A DNA stretch of 63,699 nt, the filler included, from Choristocarpus tenellus KU-1152 (Eukaryota; Protista; Phaeophyceae): assembly GCA_964200185.2 (NCBI GenBank). It is 10 parts of 10 records of this genome, joined end to end, with 100 filler letters (N's around TTAATTAATTAA, not from the genome) between each part and the next. Parts side by side here need not be neighbours in the genome. Positions count along the whole stretch, not along the records: positions 60,793 to 63,699 come from CAXNAD020023744.1; 9 more parts are not named here. The stretch is one strand, 5' to 3'. Below, piece after piece: positions 61,891-63,699 of this stretch. The notes under the pieces are model-generated. The model was not told the origin of the DNA, did not search any database, and saw only the letters and a list, made by a program, of their open reading frames with translations. Each line of letters opens with the position of its first letter. Position 1 is the first letter of the stretch. The translations under genes were made by a program, and so were the position numbers.

Positions 61891-63699
61891 TTGGGACAGA
61901 AGAGATAGTAGAAAACTGACTCTTAAGGTTTCAACATTTTTTTTTGCTCAATGTGTATGTACATAGTAATTTACACACTTCGACTTTGAAGGGTATTTTT
62001 TGAGTGTTGGATGATCTGGTTTGAATCTTTGATTTGCCACTGAAAAGGTTTTGAACTGACACCTTGCTTGGACCTGAACATTTTTGTTTTTATTGTATTG
62101 TGTAAAATTGTTAATGTCCAGAAATGGCGGGATGATTTTCTGACTGGAGCTCGGGAATAGCTGAGCTACAATAGGTTGTTGCAAAAGGCCAGAATTATCC
62201 ACTTCAGGGTAAGAGAAACATTGATATTTTAAAATAGTATAGTATTAGAAGTTTTATGATACCGCTTTTGGTATTGGAGAGATTCAAGAGTGTAAATAAA
62301 TGTTTTTTTTTCCTATAGGGATATATTTTTATTTTGGTTCGATTTTTTTTTTGTCTCACTTTGAATGAGAAAATTCCCCTACAGGAGAAATTAAATAAAT
62401 GTTCCATATTCCAAGTGAGCAAAGATTGTTTTTGGAAGTATTGAAATGCTTTTGTACAAGATACAGATATTGGTAGTATGTTGGATTTGCAGTAATACAA
62501 TTGCATACAGTGATATATTGTATAATATCCCTAACCCCAATACTAAACCCTACCCCTACCCCTAACCAGGCCTACATATGTACGTAATATGGTATAGTGC
62601 ACTATCCCCTCCATTCCCCTCTATTTGTGGGTGGGTATGGATAAAGTCATGATTGCTTACACATTTGTTGTTAATGAACATGCTACACAAATATACATAC
62701 ATACATGTATTTCTCTAGACAATGTGTTTCCATGGTAGAATGACATAGAGGTACATGACTTGGGTTGGTGTCAGGGTGTGCGGCTGTGATGTATGCACTG
62801 TCCAATCTTTTCCGTAGTCGAGATATAGAAATAAATAAAATAGTAGTAACAGCAATATAAAAATAAAATAAAAATCACAATAATTTCACAAAGACCTTCA
62901 ATCATGCTCTACCTTGCAAAAGAGGGATAGACATCTGTGTGATGTTTGTACATGCTGCTTCTCCAAGTAGTTTTTTTTTATTATAGTAGTATTTTAAAAA
63001 CAAGGCCGATATGAACATGATGCTATTTTGAGTACGATGTGTATGGATTACGTGTTGGGAATGATAACGTTGTGTGTGTAGTACTACTATTGTACCTTGA
63101 ATGATTGAAATGCAATAAAGATTGCTTGATGTATGTGTATGTGCATGTGTTAGTTAAGGTTTAAATTAAGAAAATCTTTTGTAACGTGTGTTTCTCACAA
63201 AATGTATTTTTATTTTGTAATGGACAGTACTTATTATTATTTTATGATTAAGATATTGACCATTTTACATATATTGATTTATATATTGCTACAGGTTTTT
63301 TTGTTCTTTTTAATTGTGTAGACTTCGAGTTCATTGCTTGTTATATTCTGAATAATATTTCAACCATTGCATTTACTTATTTTTTTCTTTGCTGCTGCGG
63401 TGTGTTTTTTTAATTTGTGTAGTATGCAAAAAAAGACCCGGAGACCAAGGTGTTGTACCACCTCTTCGCACACTTCTACACCTTTGTGGGATTCAATAGT
63501 CGGGCTGCCACCAACTACCACCGAAGGCAAGGGAAATCTATCCCACATATTCACACACACACACACCCCCTGATTGTGTGCTGTTCCTACTATCACACAT
63601 GAAGGTCTTCTTGTATGTTTGTGTATTGTGTATGTGGGTGCATGCATTTTTGTGTGTATGTGACAGGGGATTCGCAAAATTGAGTATGGAGCGGGACTA

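Overview
Eukaryotic, intron-rich genomic DNA, most consistent with a brown alga or related stramenopile (inferred from a plastid-type hemC exon, LINE motifs of the kind seen in brown algae, TTAGGG-type repeats and spliceosomal introns). The window is ten contigs joined by artificial 100-nt spacers (N44-TTAATTAATTAA-N44), so adjacency across spacers is not biological. Host genes reconstructed by eye from GT-AG exons: a complete 3-exon TAF10, a secreted C-type-lectin-domain protein, a PDZ-like/coiled-coil protein, 5' exons of an aldonolactone-oxidase-like FAD protein, a hemC exon and a FYVE protein. The rest is dense repeat DNA: RTE and RLE-type LINE remnants, Gypsy/Copia remnants, a solo LTR with a 5-bp TSD, foldback elements, and an abundant non-autonomous DNA-transposon family (about 14 copies of a ~258-bp MITE 'A' plus G-run-ended relatives 'B') with G....AAAGTATCT termini and 3- or 4-bp TSDs. 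The most unusual feature is a dispersed multi-copy, multi-exon coding element of about 6.5 kb (two long copies, one fragment, one diverged relative). It encodes a ParB/Srx-like motif (LLFCLNGQHRIM...KAQSISIGES) and an unrecognised C-terminal domain. The copies differ mostly at synonymous sites yet are individually broken, and both long copies begin with the same fossil MITE followed by a ~235-bp tandem array. This is a candidate undescribed mobile element or cargo system.
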